64,000 bases of DNA from the human T2T-CHM13v2.0 reference genome, Homo sapiens (GCF_009914755.1 NC_060928.1); one strand, 5' to 3'. Shown: positions 14,236 through 34,110, counted from the first letter of the stretch. Program-made: numbers and translations. Notes: generated from the sequence alone by a model not told the origin.

Positions 14236-14912
14236 AACAAAGAAAGTTTCTAACAGGTTGAACTTTGGATTTTTTTACACTTAATACTCCGATTTCTTGT
14301 AAGGTGTTAGTTCCTTAGTTCTTTCTCCAGTAAATCCTCTGATGTTTACATAGGCTTAATTTTAGCCTAAATATTTCTCCACATTTATTGCATCTACAAA
14401 TTCTCTTCTAATATAAACTCTCTAGTGTTTCTTAACCTGCAGTTTTTGAACAGATGTTTTTCCACATTTATTACATTTGTCGTATTTCGCTCCAATGTAA
14501 ATTCTCTGATGTTGAACAAAGTTTGAGCAACTGCTTCTGAGTCTTCCGCTAGTACAAAATGTGTACAGTAAGATCCAGGATACAAGTACAGGTACTACAC
14601 CCTCTTTATATTTGTATTGTCTGTCTTAAGAATACTCTTCTTCGCTTTAATGGCCTATATTTTCTAAAAGGTCTTTCAACAGAAATTACATTTATAATGC
14701 TTTTGTTAACCATAAATTCTGATATCTGGTAAGATGTGAGTAGAAATTAATGGCTTTTGTATTTTTATATTTGTGCAATTATTCTCATGTATAAATGCTA
14801 TCACATGCAAAAAGATATGAGCATTGATTAAAAGTTTTGCCACATTTTTTGTATTTCTACTTTTCTTCAGTAGTAATTACATACAGTAAGATGTGATGAG
14901 AATTTGAAGTCT

Positions 14913-15207
14913 GCCGGGCGTGGTGGCTCACGCCTGTAATCCCAGCACTTGGGGAGGCTGAGATGGGCGGATCACGAGGTCAGGAGATCACGACCATCCT
15001 GGCTAACATGGTGGTACCCCGTCTCTACTGAAAATACAAAAAATTAGCCTAGCATGGTGGCGAGCACCTGTAGTCCCAGCTACTCGGGAGGCTGAGGCAG
15101 GAGAATGAAGTGAACCGAGGAGGCAGAGCTTGCAGTGAGCCAAGATCGTGCCACTGCACTCCAGACTGGGGGAGAGAGCAAGACTCTGTCTCAAAAAAAA
15201 AAAAAGA
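14913..15207 (+). mobile_element. AluY inserted in a fossil finger
   Basis: TSD GAGAATTTGAAGTCT at 14898-14912 and 15208-15222. Confidence 0.9.
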
Positions 15208-15384
15208 GAGAATTTGAAGTCTTTGCCACATTTTAATTTTTCATATGGCTTCTCATCAATATCATTTATCTTATGTTTAGAACACAGTGAGGTGTGGTTA
15301 AAAGCTTTCTCATATTTTTCACATTTCTGGAGTTTCTCTCCATTATGAATTATCTTACGATTAGAAAAGATTGAGGAACATTTA

Positions 15385-16408
<1,024 letters not shown>

Positions 16409-16441
16409 TCATCCAAAGGCTTTGCCACATTCTTCATATTT

Positions 16442-18034
<1,593 letters not shown>

Positions 18035-18799
18035 CTAATATATAAACTTATACAAAGTACATTAGTAAGATGGCATAACAAAATACCACAGGCCATAATT
18101 TCTTCACAGACATATATATGTAACAAACATATACTGATCAAAATGCCTTTTAGTGAAATTTATAAATGAGTTACATGCAATGCCTCAGGTAAGCACAATG
18201 CCAAGAGCCACATAGAACAGGATACAAAGTTTGTTACATTTACCAACCACAGTTCTTCCTCCTCCCCAATATAGCACTGTGCCATTAGAAGTAAACTGTC
18301 AACTCCTGTCTTCTTACTTAAAAGAAAAGAAAAATACTGACACGTATCCTTACTTCTGGCTTTTGGGGATCTTTACAAAAACTGGTTTCTGCCTCCAATA
18401 ACAAAGAGTGCTGAAAGAAATGGTGATATACTTAGGAAGGACAGGTTGGGTCTGCTAAGACCAAATGTACATGTTTCAAGAGCAGACTGAAGTGCTAAAT
18501 ACAGACAACAGACCAAGTGATTAAAGACTCTTAAGAGGAAACATGAACAAACCCTTTTAACTAAAAAATAAACACAAAATTCTAGACAAGACACATCCTT
18601 CCAACATGTATGAGAGGTTACTATAATCCGTATCAAAGACAACTGGCTTCAGACTATGTCAGGAGAAAACAACATTGTAAAGGTTGTGATAAATAGCTTT
18701 TGGTTAATGTTCAAATAACAAGCAAATATTATAATGTATACAAAATATTAGAACATGGTCTAATTAAACAATTTAAAATTTTTCAGAAAACAACCATAA

Positions 18800-21700
18800 A
18801 AACAAAGATGTACAAATTTTTAAAATGTAACCTGAATAATGCTGAATCAGCTAAATGGAAACACGTACAACTAAATGTAATCAGAAAAATGAGAACATCA
18901 ATGAAAACATTAAAAACAAAAAACAAATCATGAAGGTGAAAAATGCAAAATAAAGACAGAAATTTTCAAGTTAAAAAAGGATATAAAAACGGAAGAAGCT
19001 CAACAAACTTCAACAAGGTTACACACACAGATTTACAGCAAAGCACATATATAAGCAAAGTTTCAAAAATCAAACTCAAAAACGACATCTTAGGAGCTGC
19101 AAAATAAAAGTGATGTGTCATTTATAACTGTGGTCTTAAAAGATTACCAGTGAATCTGTCAACAAAACTATTTCGCAACAGAAAGAATTGGGATATTGTT
19201 AAGGTGCTAGGAAAAAAAAAAAAAACTTCTATGTGGGAATCATATAACCAGCAAAACTGTCCTAAAAATGAAGAAAGAATAAAGACCTTTCAAGATAACC
19301 AAATGCTGAAAAAGTATATTAGCACAACACGTCTTACCAAAAAAATGCTCAAGAAAGTATCTTCCAGTGAAAATAACATAATGTAAGAAAGCCAAACATA
19401 ATCATATGAAAATATATAGCTTTCTGAAAAAGATATGCACATCCACAAAGTTCTGTACCACTATCATATTACAGAAAATATTGTAATTATTCTCTAAAAT
19501 TTTAAAGAGGAAAGCATAAAAATGATCATAAACTGTTCATCATAATCTGGTAATAATACACAACAACAATATGATTACTGACATCAATAATGAAGTTGAG
19601 GGCAGATGTAATGAGGAGGAATTTTCAAATTCAATGGAAGTTAAGTTTTTACCAGTTTAAAATATATTATTTTAACTTAAAGAAATTTTATGTAATTCTC
19701 AAGATACCAGAAAAAAAGTATCTGTATAGATACACCAAAAAATAAGAATTAAAGGTGTATCAATACAAAAATAAAAAAGACTAAGGAAGACAGAAAAAGA
19801 AAATAAGGGACAAAGATAAAATAATCCAGTAAAACAATAAGATGAGTAAGTCTATTTCAGCAAATTATTCAAATATTTATGAAGTAAAGTTTCCATTCAA
19901 AATACATGCACCAAATAAGGGGATTGACTGCAAAAATTAAAAAACAAGATCCAACTTGCTTTTCTACAGGAGTCACTTGAGATGTAATGATTTAAAAAGA
20001 CTGAAAAAGGCAAAATGAAAGAAGAGATTTCATGCAAATAACCAAATAAGAGGTCCAAATTATGTAATACAAAGTACATCTTAAGTCAAAACTGTCCTAT
20101 TTCATAAAATATACTTTAAAAAGTCATAAGAAAGAAGGACATTAAACAATAATAATAATAAAGGTTCATTTACTGGGAACTAATGACAAACATGTCTATA
20201 CATACGTTAATATGTGTGTGTGTCTCCCCCACATTGAGTTCCAAATATACAAAGCCAATACTCACAGAATTAAGACAAAGACAGCAATATAACTATAGTA
20301 GGATATTTAAATACCCCAGTTTCTGTAAGGAATAATGAAACAAGATAAAATATTCATAAGGAAACAGGAGACTTGAAACCAGTATTAAACTATTACGCCT
20401 AACAGAACTGTAGAGAACACTGCTCAGCAACAACTAAATACACACCCTTCTCAATACCTCATACAATATTCTCCTTGATAGACTACATGTCAGGGCACAA
20501 AAAAAGTCTTAAAGTTTTAAAATTGAAATTTTACAGATTACTTTTAATGACCAAACTGGAATGAGAGTAGAAATAAAGAAAACTAAAAAATTTACATATT
20601 TATAGAAATTAAACAACACACACTTAAGCATGCTCTTGTTCAAAGTTTGAAATAATGAGAATATCTAGACTGCTCAATATAATCTACAGATTAAATGCAA
20701 TCCCTGTCAAATTTAATTAAATTATTGTAGTAATAGAAACAACAATTCCCATATTATATGGAATTAAGAAACAGTGAAGTACCCAACAATCTTCAAAAAC
20801 AGAAGCAATCTCAGAGGCTTCACAGCTCCTGATTTCAAAACACATACAAATCTAAAGAATTAAAGCAATCTGGGATAGGTATAAAGCTGAACAGCTAGAT
20901 CAACTAAATAAAATCTGGCAAAAATATAAACTCTCACACATGGTCACATGAAGAGTAATTTAGACACTCATAATTATTGCAGCACTGTTCCTGAAAGCAA
21001 ATAACAGCAACGCATATTTCTCTCACTAAATAAATTGAGAAATATAATTTCAATTATTAAAATAATGAAATATTACTCAGTTTGTAAAAAGCAAAAAATA
21101 AACAAGTACAATAAAGATAAATCTTGATGACATTATACAACAAAAAGTCACGAAGAGACAAACTATATGAATCAACTTACACGAGATATCTAAAGCAGTT
21201 TGACTTTAAAATAAAAAACAGAATTGTTTGTGTAGAGTGAGAAAACAGAAAAAGTAGGTAGTTATATTGAGTGTTAGCTTTGCAAGATAAACATATTCTA
21301 AAAATATAGTGCATAAAATTATTAATAAAATGACTAAGCTGAATATTTAAAAATATATAAGATTTTAAATGTTATGCATTTTTGAAAACAATATATAAAA
21401 GAGATGGAGGTATGAGTTTTGGAAATTATCTTCAAATCACAAAAGTGTTACACACACACAAATATAGATTTACAAATAAATAGAGGGTAAAATTAGGAGA
21501 ATTTCAATGACTACTCACCTAGGCAGGGTAAAACCACCATTGTTACACACAAACAAAATAAGTATACAACTTAAAAACAATAGGGAAACAATATGCAGAG
21601 AGATAAACACAGAGACTCTTATATTGGAAATAGATATATCACTGATCCATATTTGACTTATGCTCCACAGTCTTACAGTGTACATAGCTGAATGCTGTCA

Positions 21701-23520
21701 TAGACAATAATAATACTAAATAAAAGCATCCTTGTTGTGTTCCAGATCTCAGATAAAAAGTTTTCTGCTCCTTCCTATTCAGTATGATTTCAGCCATTAA
21801 TCTGTCATATACAATCTTTATTGCACTGAAGTACATAATATCTATACCTAATTTGTTGAGTTTCTTAAATCACAAAGACATGTTCAATGTTGCCAAATGC
21901 TGCTTCTGCATCAACAATAAAAAATAAAGATTTCTAGTAGCAAACATAATTAAAAAGGTGAACACTCTTTACACTGAAAATTGTAAATAATTAAAAAGTG
22001 AAAAAGACATGAAAATTTGAAAGATATATATTGCTCATAAAATTAAAAAATATGAAAGTGGCTATACTACTCAAGGTGATCTATAGATTCAACGCAATCT
22101 CTTATCAAAATACCAATGATTTTTTTCACAGAAATGGAAAAAACAAACTTAAACTTCACAGGGAACCACCAAAGACCCCCAAATAGCAAAAGTAATCCTA
22201 AGGGGGGGACAAAAAAAAACAGCTGGAAGCATCACACTACCTGACTCCAAAATATACTATAAAGCTATAATAAGCAAAACAGCATGATAATGACATAGAC
22301 AGATCAAACTATCCAGTGAGCCCAGTAATAAATTCCTGAACCTAGAACCAAGTGATTTTCAACAAAAATGTCAAGAACTCACATTTGGAAAAAGACAGTC
22401 TTTTCAATAAATGGTGCTATGAAAATTATTTACATGATAATCAAAAAAATAAAACTAGGCTCCTACCTCTTACAATATAAAAAACTCAATCACAAATACA
22501 GATTTAAATGGGAAACTCAAACCTATAAAGTTATTTGAAATAAACATACAGGAATGCATTACCACATAGTACAGAGAAAAGAATCTTAAGACCTCAAAAT
22601 CACAGGCAAAAGAAGCAAAAATATGCAAACGGGATTACAAGAAACTAAAAATGCTTTGCACAGTAAAGAAAACAATTAACAAAGTGAAGACGTAATCTAC
22701 ACAATGAAATAAAATATTTGCAAAATGTACATGACAAAAGATAAATTTACAGTATAACAAACTTAACAAAAATAACACACAATTTAAACATAGGCAAGAG
22801 GCCTTAAGAGACATTTTTCAAAAGAAATACAGATGGCCAAAAAGTACATGCAAAGATGCTCAACATCACTAATTGTCAGAGAAATGCAAATCAAAACCAC
22901 AATATAAGACTTGACTCCAGTTAGAATGACTGTAATTAGAAAGACAAAAAAAAATGTTAGTGAGAATGAATAGAAAAGGAAACACGGTAAAACTGTAAGT
23001 TAGTAGAGCCATTATAGAAAAAAAACAAGTATCACAGGATAACATATATTTAAACAATCAACAAATGGTATTTTAACACTGTTTCTTTGACTCCCCACCT
23101 AGACAATAAACCATGAACTACCACACACACACAAAAAAAATTCAAATTGCTGGATCACAGGTTCTATTTTTAATTTTTTAATTAAATGGGATTGCTGGAA
23201 CATACGTTAGTCCTATTTTGTTTGTAGCTAAAGAAAACAAAATCAGTATGTCAAAGAGAAATCTACACTCCAATGTTTATTAAAACACTATTTATAGCCA
23301 AGGTATTCGATCAATCCAAGTGTCCAAAACTTGGATGAATAAAGAAAATGTGGTATATATACACAACAAAATACTATTCAGCTACAAAAGAGAATATAAT
23401 TTTGATATTTGCCACAACAGGAATGAACCTGGAGGCCATTACGTTAAGTGAAATAAAAGATACACTGAGACAAATACAAAAGATCTTACCCATATGTGAA
23501 ATCTAATATAAACATTTATG
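18800..23520 (+). mobile_element. Fragmented old L1M (ORF1/ORF2/3' pieces), including an inverted segment at ~21725-21912
   Basis: A-rich L1 motifs (AGATTCAACGCAATC, AGCTGGAAGCATCACACTACCTGAC, GAAATGCAAATCAAAACCACAAT); boundaries approximate. Confidence 0.75.
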
Positions 23521-23805
23521 AGGAAGGCTTTATGCAACTAGTCTCAACAATAACTTTTTGAATACAACATCAAAGGCTTAAGAAAAAAAATATGGACACA
23601 CACATGGTACCACATCACTGTATCCAAAATATACCAAAAATATCCGAGGCAGGACTTTACATATTTACACATGCATGTTAATTATTATTTGCAAAAGACA
23701 ATTCCTGGAAACAACACAAATGTCCCTTTAGAGATCAATATCAGATTTTTTAAATGTGACATACATACAATATTTTATTTTAAAACAGATATTCTGACAC
23801 ATCTT

Positions 23806-24427
23806 TGTGGAGGAAAAGTTAAATATTAAATTTGAACTCAACTGAACATGACAAACAATGGTCACCAAATCCCAGAATGGGTTGTGTGAGCCCCCAGCAC
23901 TGTTTCAAAGAAATTTCTATTTCAATCTATTCCTATATGTTAGTTATTGAAAAACAATAGACAATCGCAAACACAATTTGACCTTTTTGTGTTCCTTGAG
24001 TCCAGTCACAAAGGGCCCTTGTGACTGGGCCTCATGCCAAACAACTCATTACAAAAAGAGCTAGGGTCCCAGACCATGCCGAAGCTACATGAGACCTCTC
24101 TTCGTCTGTGCACGGAAGGGTGGCGGACTCTGGAGCCCAGGCTGTTGCTTCCCAGTCTAGTGGTGAATCCTCCACAGGCTGGTGAGTGTAGTGTCTGACT
24201 CTGGAGCCCAGGCTATTGCTTCCTAGTCTGGTGGTGAATCCTCCATAGTCTGGTAAATGTAAATATATATATCTCCTTTTCCTTCTCCCCTTCCCATTGC
24301 AATTTGCTTATTGTATCATTTGCTTATATATCTGCATTGCCATTTACATGGGATAAAGGTTGTTTACCCTTAAAGATATTGTGTGTGTGTCTTTTCTTCT
24401 CCCCTCACGCGTTTCCCGCACAGGACA
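23806..24427 (+). mobile_element. Solo HERV-K-group LTR (LTR14B-like)
   Basis: Starts TGTGGAGGAAAAGTTAAATATTAAATTTGAACTC, ends CACAGGACA; TSD ATCTT at 23801-23805 and 24428-24432. Confidence 0.75.
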
Positions 24428-24499
24428 ATCTTACAAAAACAAAGCCTGAGAACATTATGTTAAGTAAACTGAGATAGTGAAAAAAAAAACAGACATGGG

Positions 24500-24827
<328 letters not shown>

Positions 24828-25654
24828 TTACACCAATAAGAATATAAAAATCAGTCAAAATTATAGAAATAGTAAGTAAAATGGTGTTCTTCAGGACCTG
24901 AAGAGAAAAAAATGGCAGTTTATTGTTTATGAGGTATGAACTTTACTTTGATAAAATTAATCTAGAGATCCATTTCAAAATAATGTAAATGTACTTAACT
25001 CCACTAGGCTGTACACTTGAAAACCTTTAAGCAATGTTAGGTTTTTCATCACAACTAAATATTTACATCTACCTAAAAAGGTTACATTTTTCAAAAATCA
25101 CCTTCAAATAAAAAGTGTTTCTCTCACAGAATAACATATACTCAAACAATAAATAGGTGGTAATTTTTTACTGTTTCTTTGACTACTCACCTATAAAAGA
25201 AAACAGTGATGACCACCAGAAAGAAAAATTTATAAACCAGGTAGGGGCATTATTTACACAGGCAAACACCACATAGATAACTTTTATAGGCTATAGAAAT
25301 GTCTGAATTACACATATATTTTAAATTGCTCCAAGTGAAACCCAATGATTTTTATTTGAATTAAACACCACATGGTCATAAAAGGTACAGAGTTGAAAAT
25401 TACCATACAAATATGAAGATTAAAAACAAAAAATAATTGAGGAGAACCTACATGAAAAAAGACTCCCCAGTAAAATAGAGTTTGAAAACAATAAAAAATT
25501 CTGACCTATAAAATATAGAATATAGATGTAGATGTATCATAAAAACAATCCTTCAAACAACTACAGTTTTCAACTGTGACTATGTACTTATGAAGATCCA
25601 GCATTTTGAATCTTTGACATGCAATGTACAGCAGTAAGAAAAAAAAAAAAAAAC

Positions 25655-26102
<448 letters not shown>

Positions 26103-27634
26103 TCATTGTAGACTTAGCTGCAGACCATTTGGTTTTGTTCCTGCTACTAGCACCATCTGCAAAGACACCTAGGAGAATTTCTAATGTTCTATGCCTCAGG
26201 TGAAAGGCCTTTAGAAGTTGGTTCTATCTGTGATCTCTGAATTAGCCCCAAATCCACTCTTTACACATGTCAGTCATGGTGTGGAAGGAATCCTGCCCAG
26301 ACACCCACAGAGAGAAACATCCATCTGTGCCCGAATGTAGGCTTGCCAATAATTATTTGACAGTGGATCTTGACGTGGCACTATAAGCTGGCTCCAAGTC
26401 CATGCAACCAAGTCCAGAAGAAGTTTTTCCTAACCTGGGACCTGCCAAAAAGCACACCTGTATGTGCCCCTGTAGGCATGCTGGCTGACTTTATTCCCAC
26501 TGTGAATTGTAAAGCAGTCCTATAACCAAGCTCTGGTCTCTGTCATCTAGAGTCTGGAAGAAGTCCTACCCACCTAGAAATCCACAGGGAGAAATACCGT
26601 TAACCCAGAAAAAGACCTGAACACTTTGGTCTCAGCTGTGTATCCTGAAGCAGCCGCATGAATCAGTTTCATACCCTCTCAGCTGTGATCAAGGGTCATT
26701 ACTGCTCATCTAGGAACCTGTCCAATGACTAGGTTAGAGCATTTCCAAACACCTCGCAAGAGCGACACAGCAGGAGCCACACCTGCTCACATTGATTGTA
26801 TCAGCACCTTAATCTGCATATATAACTGGAGGCTTTTTTCCTCAGTGCCAGTCATATTGATCAACATCTTGAAGAAAGTTCAGTCTTCTCAGAAAATAGA
26901 ATCCACAACTGTCTGATGCCCTGATGACAGGTCTGCCAAGCAGGAATTTCACTGCAAACCCAGTAGTAGCTACGTGACCCGGATTCCAAAGCACTTTATT
27001 GCAACCTCAGTGGAAATCTCATCAGCCCAGAAATCCAATGGGAGAAGATATTTACCTCCTCAAACTAGTCTATAATGACTGAAAGAGGTATTTACTCCTT
27101 CAGATGCAAGGACATCAAAACAAAGCCTCATGAATTATGAAGGATCAGGCAAACATAACAGCATGAAAGGAAACTAAAAATGCTCCAGGAAGCACTAACA
27201 ATAAAACACAGATCTAAAAAATGGCTAACAGAGAATTTAAAATAATTATCTTTAAAAATCTCGATAAGATGCAAAAGTACACATATTACTAAATTTTTTG
27301 CAACAATGCATGAAGAAAACCAATGATAATAAAGAAAGATAAGCCATTAACAAAGAACCAAGGCGATATGCTGGAGCTGAAGTACACAATAGTAGAACTA
27401 AAATATTTAACAGAAAGCTTTAACAGGAGACTCAGTTATACAGAAGGGGAAAAATCAACAAACTTAAAAGTCATTTGAAAGTTCGTAAATAGACTTTTTT
27501 TAAAAAAGTGAATAAAGCATATAGCTTCAATAATTTGTTAATGGTATATAATATAAAAAGATGTAAAGTGTGACATAAATAGTGTGTTGAAAGGAGTAAA
27601 ACTGTTTAATATTTTTATACATAGAAGTTCACTT

Positions 27635-28055
27635 TTGCTTGAGGCCAGGAGTTCAAAACCAGCCTGGTCAATATAGCAGGACCCTGTCTCTAAAATAAAT
27701 ACATAAATAAAATAAAATAAAGATTTCAGAAAGCTATTTATTCTTTTTTTAAAAAGAAGCAGTTGGGCCTGATAATGCATGCCTATAAACCTAGCACTCT
27801 GGGAGGCCAAGGCAGGTAGATTTCTTGAGCCCAGAAGTTCATGACCAGCCTGAGCAACATGGCAAAACCCTGTCTCTACAAAAAATACCAAAAAAATTAG
27901 CTGGACATGGTGGCATGTGCTTGTAATCCCAGCTACTTGGGAGGCTGATATGGGAAAAGTGTTTGATATTGGAGAGTTCAAGGCTGCACTGAGCTGTGAA
28001 CCCACCACTGCACTACATCCTGGGAAACAAAGTAAGATCCTATGTGGGTAAAAAA
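27635..28055 (+). mobile_element. Alu monomer fragment followed by AluJ
   Basis: CTTGAGGCCAGGAGTTC..(TAAA)n, then a diverged dimer with GAGTTCAAGGCTGCA. Confidence 0.8.
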
Positions 28056-28345
28056 GAAGTTAGATTGTTACCTTAAGCTAGACTTTTTAAACTATGAGAT
28101 ATTTTATGGTCCCTTGGAAATTACAAAAAAAAAAATGTTGAAGATACATACACACAAAAGAAATTAAAGCATATAACAAGAAAAATGAAACAAACTCAAC
28201 ACCATACAAGGGAAGGCAGCATGAAAGAAAAAACAGAAATTACTAAATGGTTAGAAAACAATGAACAAAATGATAGTAATAAGTTCTTATCAATCAGTAA
28301 TTCCTTTAAATATAAAAAAAATTTAGTTAGCCAATAAAATCACAT

Positions 28346-28665
28346 TGCTATGGTTTGAGTGCCCCCTCCAAAATTCATGTTAAAATGTAACTGCCATTGT
28401 GAGAAAATTAATAAGTGAGGCCTTTAAGAAGTTATAAGGTCATGAGAGGATCAGTATCATTATTCCACGAGTGGGTTAGTCATCATGAGTGGGTCTATCA
28501 TAAAAGTGAGCTCGTGTTGTGATGTGGAAATATGATTGTCATCAGATGGGAATGACATGCTCTTGGACTTCTTGGCATCCCAGATTGTGAGCTAAGGAAA
28601 CTTCTATTCTTTATAAATTACCAACTGTAGGATATTGTTATTGATGCAAAAAATAAACTAAAACA
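28346..28665 (+). mobile_element. MST-family MaLR LTR
   Basis: TGCTATGGTTTGAGTG..CCTCCAAAATTCATGTT..TTTATAAATTACC..AACTAAAACA. Confidence 0.8.
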
Positions 28666-29249
28666 CTCGCGAAATGTCTGAATAGATTTAAAAAATCAAC
28701 AACATGCTGCACACAAGCGACTTACTTTAGATTTAAGGAAATACATAGGTTAGTGGTTCAAGGATGAAAAAAAAATTCCATGCCAGTAATAACTAAAAGA
28801 GTATAGAAGTGGCTATATTTACATCAGACAAAATAGACTTCTAAAAAAAATCTGCCACAAAAAAAAAAACTTCATGATATAGTGATAAGAGGCTAATCTG
28901 TCAAAAGAATATAACAATTAAAAATATATATATACCCAATATTGGAGCACATAAATATATAAACATATATTAAAAGAAATGGAGAAACAGAAAAACATAA
29001 TACTGGGGGACTATATTGCCCTACTTAATACATCATTCAGACTGAAAGTTAGTAAGAAAACAATTGCTTGCATAGCACTATAAAACAACTGCACCAAAAG
29101 ACATATATATAGAACATTTCATCCAAAAGAATAATTTATATTCTTCTCAAACACACATGGAATATTCTCTAGCATACATCATAAATCTGGCCCACAACAA
29201 AGACAAACAAGTCTTTTCATTTTTTAAAAGACTGAAATCATATCAACTT

Positions 29250-29555
29250 GTTTGTGTTTTTTTTAGTTTTTTTGAGAAGGAGTCTTGCTCTGTCGCCCAG
29301 GCTGTAGTGCAGTGGTGCGATCTCGGCTCACTGCAAGTTCCGCCTCCAGGGTTCACGCCATTCTCCTGCCTCAGCCTCCTGAGTAGCTGGGACTACAGGC
29401 ACCCGCCACCACGCCCGGCTAATTTTTTTGTATTTTTAGTAGAGACAAGGTTTCACCTTGTTAACTAGGATGGCCTCGATCTCCTGACCTCGTGATCCAC
29501 CCACCTCAGCCTCCCAAAGTGCTGGGATTATAGGCATGAGCCACCGAGCCCAGCC
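29250..29555 (-). mobile_element. AluY
   Basis: Antisense Alu; TSD TGAAATCATATCAA. Confidence 0.9.
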
Positions 29556-29936
29556 TGAAATCATATCAAGTTTTTAAATTACAATTTTATAAATGAGAAA
29601 TCAATAGCAGAGTGAACATTGAAAATCTTACAAATATGTGTATATTAGACAACATGCTTCTGAACAACTGATGAGTCAAAGAAGAAAAAGAAAAGAAAAA
29701 TCAGAAAGTATCTTGAGACAAATGAAAATAGAAATAGGACATATCAAAAGTAGAATGTAACAAAAGCAGTTCCAAGACAGAATGTTATAGTAATATAATT
29801 TTATATTTAAAAAATCTCAAACACTGTAACTTTAATTCTTAAATAACTTGAAAAACAATAATCTCAATGTTAGGATAATAAAGAAAATAATAAAAAACAG
29901 AACAGAAACAAATTAGAGACTTAGAAGACAACAAAT

Positions 29937-30293
<357 letters not shown>

Positions 30294-31094
30294 TTACATA
30301 TAAAAGTTTTCTAAGTCAAATATTTTAAGAAAAGGAAGGAGTAAATACTTTTCCTTTTTTCCAGCTGGAGGATTAAGTCTGTTTCTATTTTACATTTATA
30401 TTTACAATAACCACATCCAACAATTTTGCCTAGAACTCACGGACATCTGATTTCCAGCAGGGCCTGGATTCAGGCACCTGCAGGGTGACCTGAGGCATAC
30501 TATGTTCACAGGAAAGAGTGTTTGTGAGGGAAAAAAAAATGCAGAATAAGAAAAGATGTTATCAAGAACCCAAGAGTGAGGGTCAGTGCACAGGTGGAGA
30601 AAGGACTGGTTACTGCTATAGATACTGGCCCAGGCAGGCAGCTCTGACTTATGAATGTGTGTGTGCAGGGAGATAAGATGGTCAGGTGATCCAGAAGCCT
30701 AGGCTACTGGAGGAAACAGGTTACTGGTGCAGATTGAAGATCTGAGTGGTAGAAAGAACCCATGAGTCTTCTGGGCACTTATGTGTCCTATTATTGGAAA
30801 ACTCTAGAAGCAGAGGTGCTCTCAGTACAATTCCTGAGAATGAAGCTTTGTCATGGGAGAAGTGTGGCCACACCATTGCCTAGCGTGCATGTGTGTGAAT
30901 GTGCAGAAATCACTTTATAGCAAAAGGAGTCAGAACTCCTTCCCTTTGAGTACTCAGTCCCCTCTCACCCCCGGAGGATACCTAGAATCACAAGACGATT
31001 CACAGTGTGACAGCTTCTGTGCAAAATTTTAAACTCTCCATTCTCCAACAGACCCACGGTCTCCCTCCAACTAGGGCTGCTGTGATACCTTTAT

Positions 31095-31298
31095 GTGTTT
31101 TTGAGACAATGTCTCACTTTGTCACCCAGGCTACAGTACAGTGACACAATCTCAGCTCATGCCAGACTCAACCTCCCAGGGTTCAAGCGATCCTTCTGCC
31201 TCAGCCCCCAAGTAGCTGGAACTACAGGTGCATGCCACCATGCCCGGCTAATGTTTATCTATTTTTTGGTAGAGATGGGATTTCACCACATTGCCTAG
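31095..31298 (-). mobile_element. AluJ fragment
   Basis: Antisense right arm and part of left arm. Confidence 0.8.
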
Positions 31299-32215
31299 GC
31301 ATGGTGCAACCAGGAGGAACTCCCAACTCTATGCTTCTTCCTCAGCAGAGAAAGAAAGTGGGATATGTGTCCACATTTCTGGTTTTTGGGGAACTGTGCG
31401 AAGATGAGTTTTGTCTCCCCTGACAAAAAGTGCTGAAGGAAATGGTGGTATACTTTAAATTGCAGCAGCTATGCATATTTTGCATTAATATAACAAGCAA
31501 TCCTGAAATTTTATCAGAATTAAAGAGACCAGAAGTGCTCAAGAATTGTCAAAAAGAGAAACATCAGAAGCATCATACATCATTACTTTAAAAACTAATT
31601 ATGAAGCTATAGTTATTGAAACAGTTTATAACTAGATTTTAAAAAGACAATGACAGTGAACAGAAGAACATGTAAATAATCCCTTGCATGTATTATCAAA
31701 TGAAGAGTAATTTACACATCCATATTCATTGTGGCATCATCTACAAAACTGAAAAAAACTTTTCTTAATAAAGACAATTTTGAATATACAAATAAATATT
31801 ATTCAGCTTCTTAAAAGCAGAAAAGTTTTTCTATATCCACAATGAGGATACATTTTTAAGACTTTATTTAGGTGGAGGAAGCCAGGCACAAGAAGACAAG
31901 TGCTATGTAATTCCACTTATGTAAGATATCTAAAGTAGTTAAATGCTTAGAAACAGACTAAACTGTGACAGGGGTTAACTGCAGAAGAAAATGAGTAGCT
32001 GTTGTTTAATGGACAACCTGTTAGAATGCAAAACAACTCTTTTTTTAACTTTATTTTAGGATGGGGTATATGTGCAAGTTTGTTATACAGGTAAACTTGT
32101 GTCATAAAGGTTTGTTGTACAGATTATTTCTCATCAAGGTATTCAGCCTGGTATGCATTAAAGATTGAATTATACAATACCTCCTTTCAGACCACATGGA
32201 ATAAAACTAGAAATC

Positions 32216-33113
<898 letters not shown>

Positions 33114-33119
33114 GCCTTC

Positions 33120-34110
33120 AGATATACTTTGGATATTTTGAATAGGTGCTCAGAAGTAGAATTACTGGCTCATATAATAACTGCATTTTTAGTTTTTGGA
33201 GGAACCTCCATACATTTTTTTCAGGTGGTTGCATCACTTTTTCCCCACCAACAGTGCACAAGAGTTTCAATTTCTCTACATTCTTTACAACATTTTTTTT
33301 TTGCTTTATATTGGCCATCCTAATTAATGCACAACAATAACCTTATTGTGGTTTTGCCTTACATTACTCTAAAAATTAGAAATTTTCTCAATAATTGTTA
33401 TATGTATTTCATCTCTGGAGAAACATTTTCATCTCTTGTCTATTTGTTAATCATGTTATTCTTTGTTGATTTTTTGGAATTGTTTATTCTGAATGTTAAC
33501 TTTTGTCAAACACATAATTTTTAATTTTTTTTGCTTTTGTGCTTCTTAGGTGGGACTCTTAATGTTTGTTAATGTGCAGAGATAAATTTAATGTAGTCTC
33601 ATTTTTCTGTGGTTTTAAGTTTGTTGCTCATGTGTTTGATGTTATATGTAAGAAAACATTGCTGAGACCAACGTCATAGTCTCTATTCCTATATTTTCTT
33701 CTAAAAATTGTAAAGTTATAATTCTTACATTTCAATATTTAACTCACTCAAGATAGTTTTTGTACATGGTTCAGGGGAAGGATCCAACCTCAATTTTTCC
33801 CATGTGGATACAGAGTATTCCAACACCATTTATTAAAGAGACTGTCTTTTTCTTATTGTATGGTTATAGCAACCTTGTTGAAGATCATTTGAGCATATAC
33901 ATGATGGTTAGTTTTTGAGTTCTCTGTTCTGTTCTATCATCTATTTGTTTTCCTGCAAATACCTCACTGTTTTTATTTATGTAGCTTTGTATTCTGTTCT
34001 AAAAACAAGAAGTGTTGTGCCTCTAGCTTTGTTCTTATTTTCTAAGATTGGGCCATGATGGTCCTTGAAATTCTATGTAAATGTAAGAATTTTTAAAAAT
34101 ATTTTTCCAA
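33120..34110 (-). mobile_element. L1M antisense fragment
   Basis: TTCCCCACCAACAGTGCACAAGAGTT, CAACACCATTTATTAAAGAGACTGTC, CTAGCTTTGTTCTT. Confidence 0.8.

Noticed and set aside
24126-24260. ~71-bp direct repeat
   Set aside because: Lies inside the LTR14B-like LTR and is probably part of its structure.
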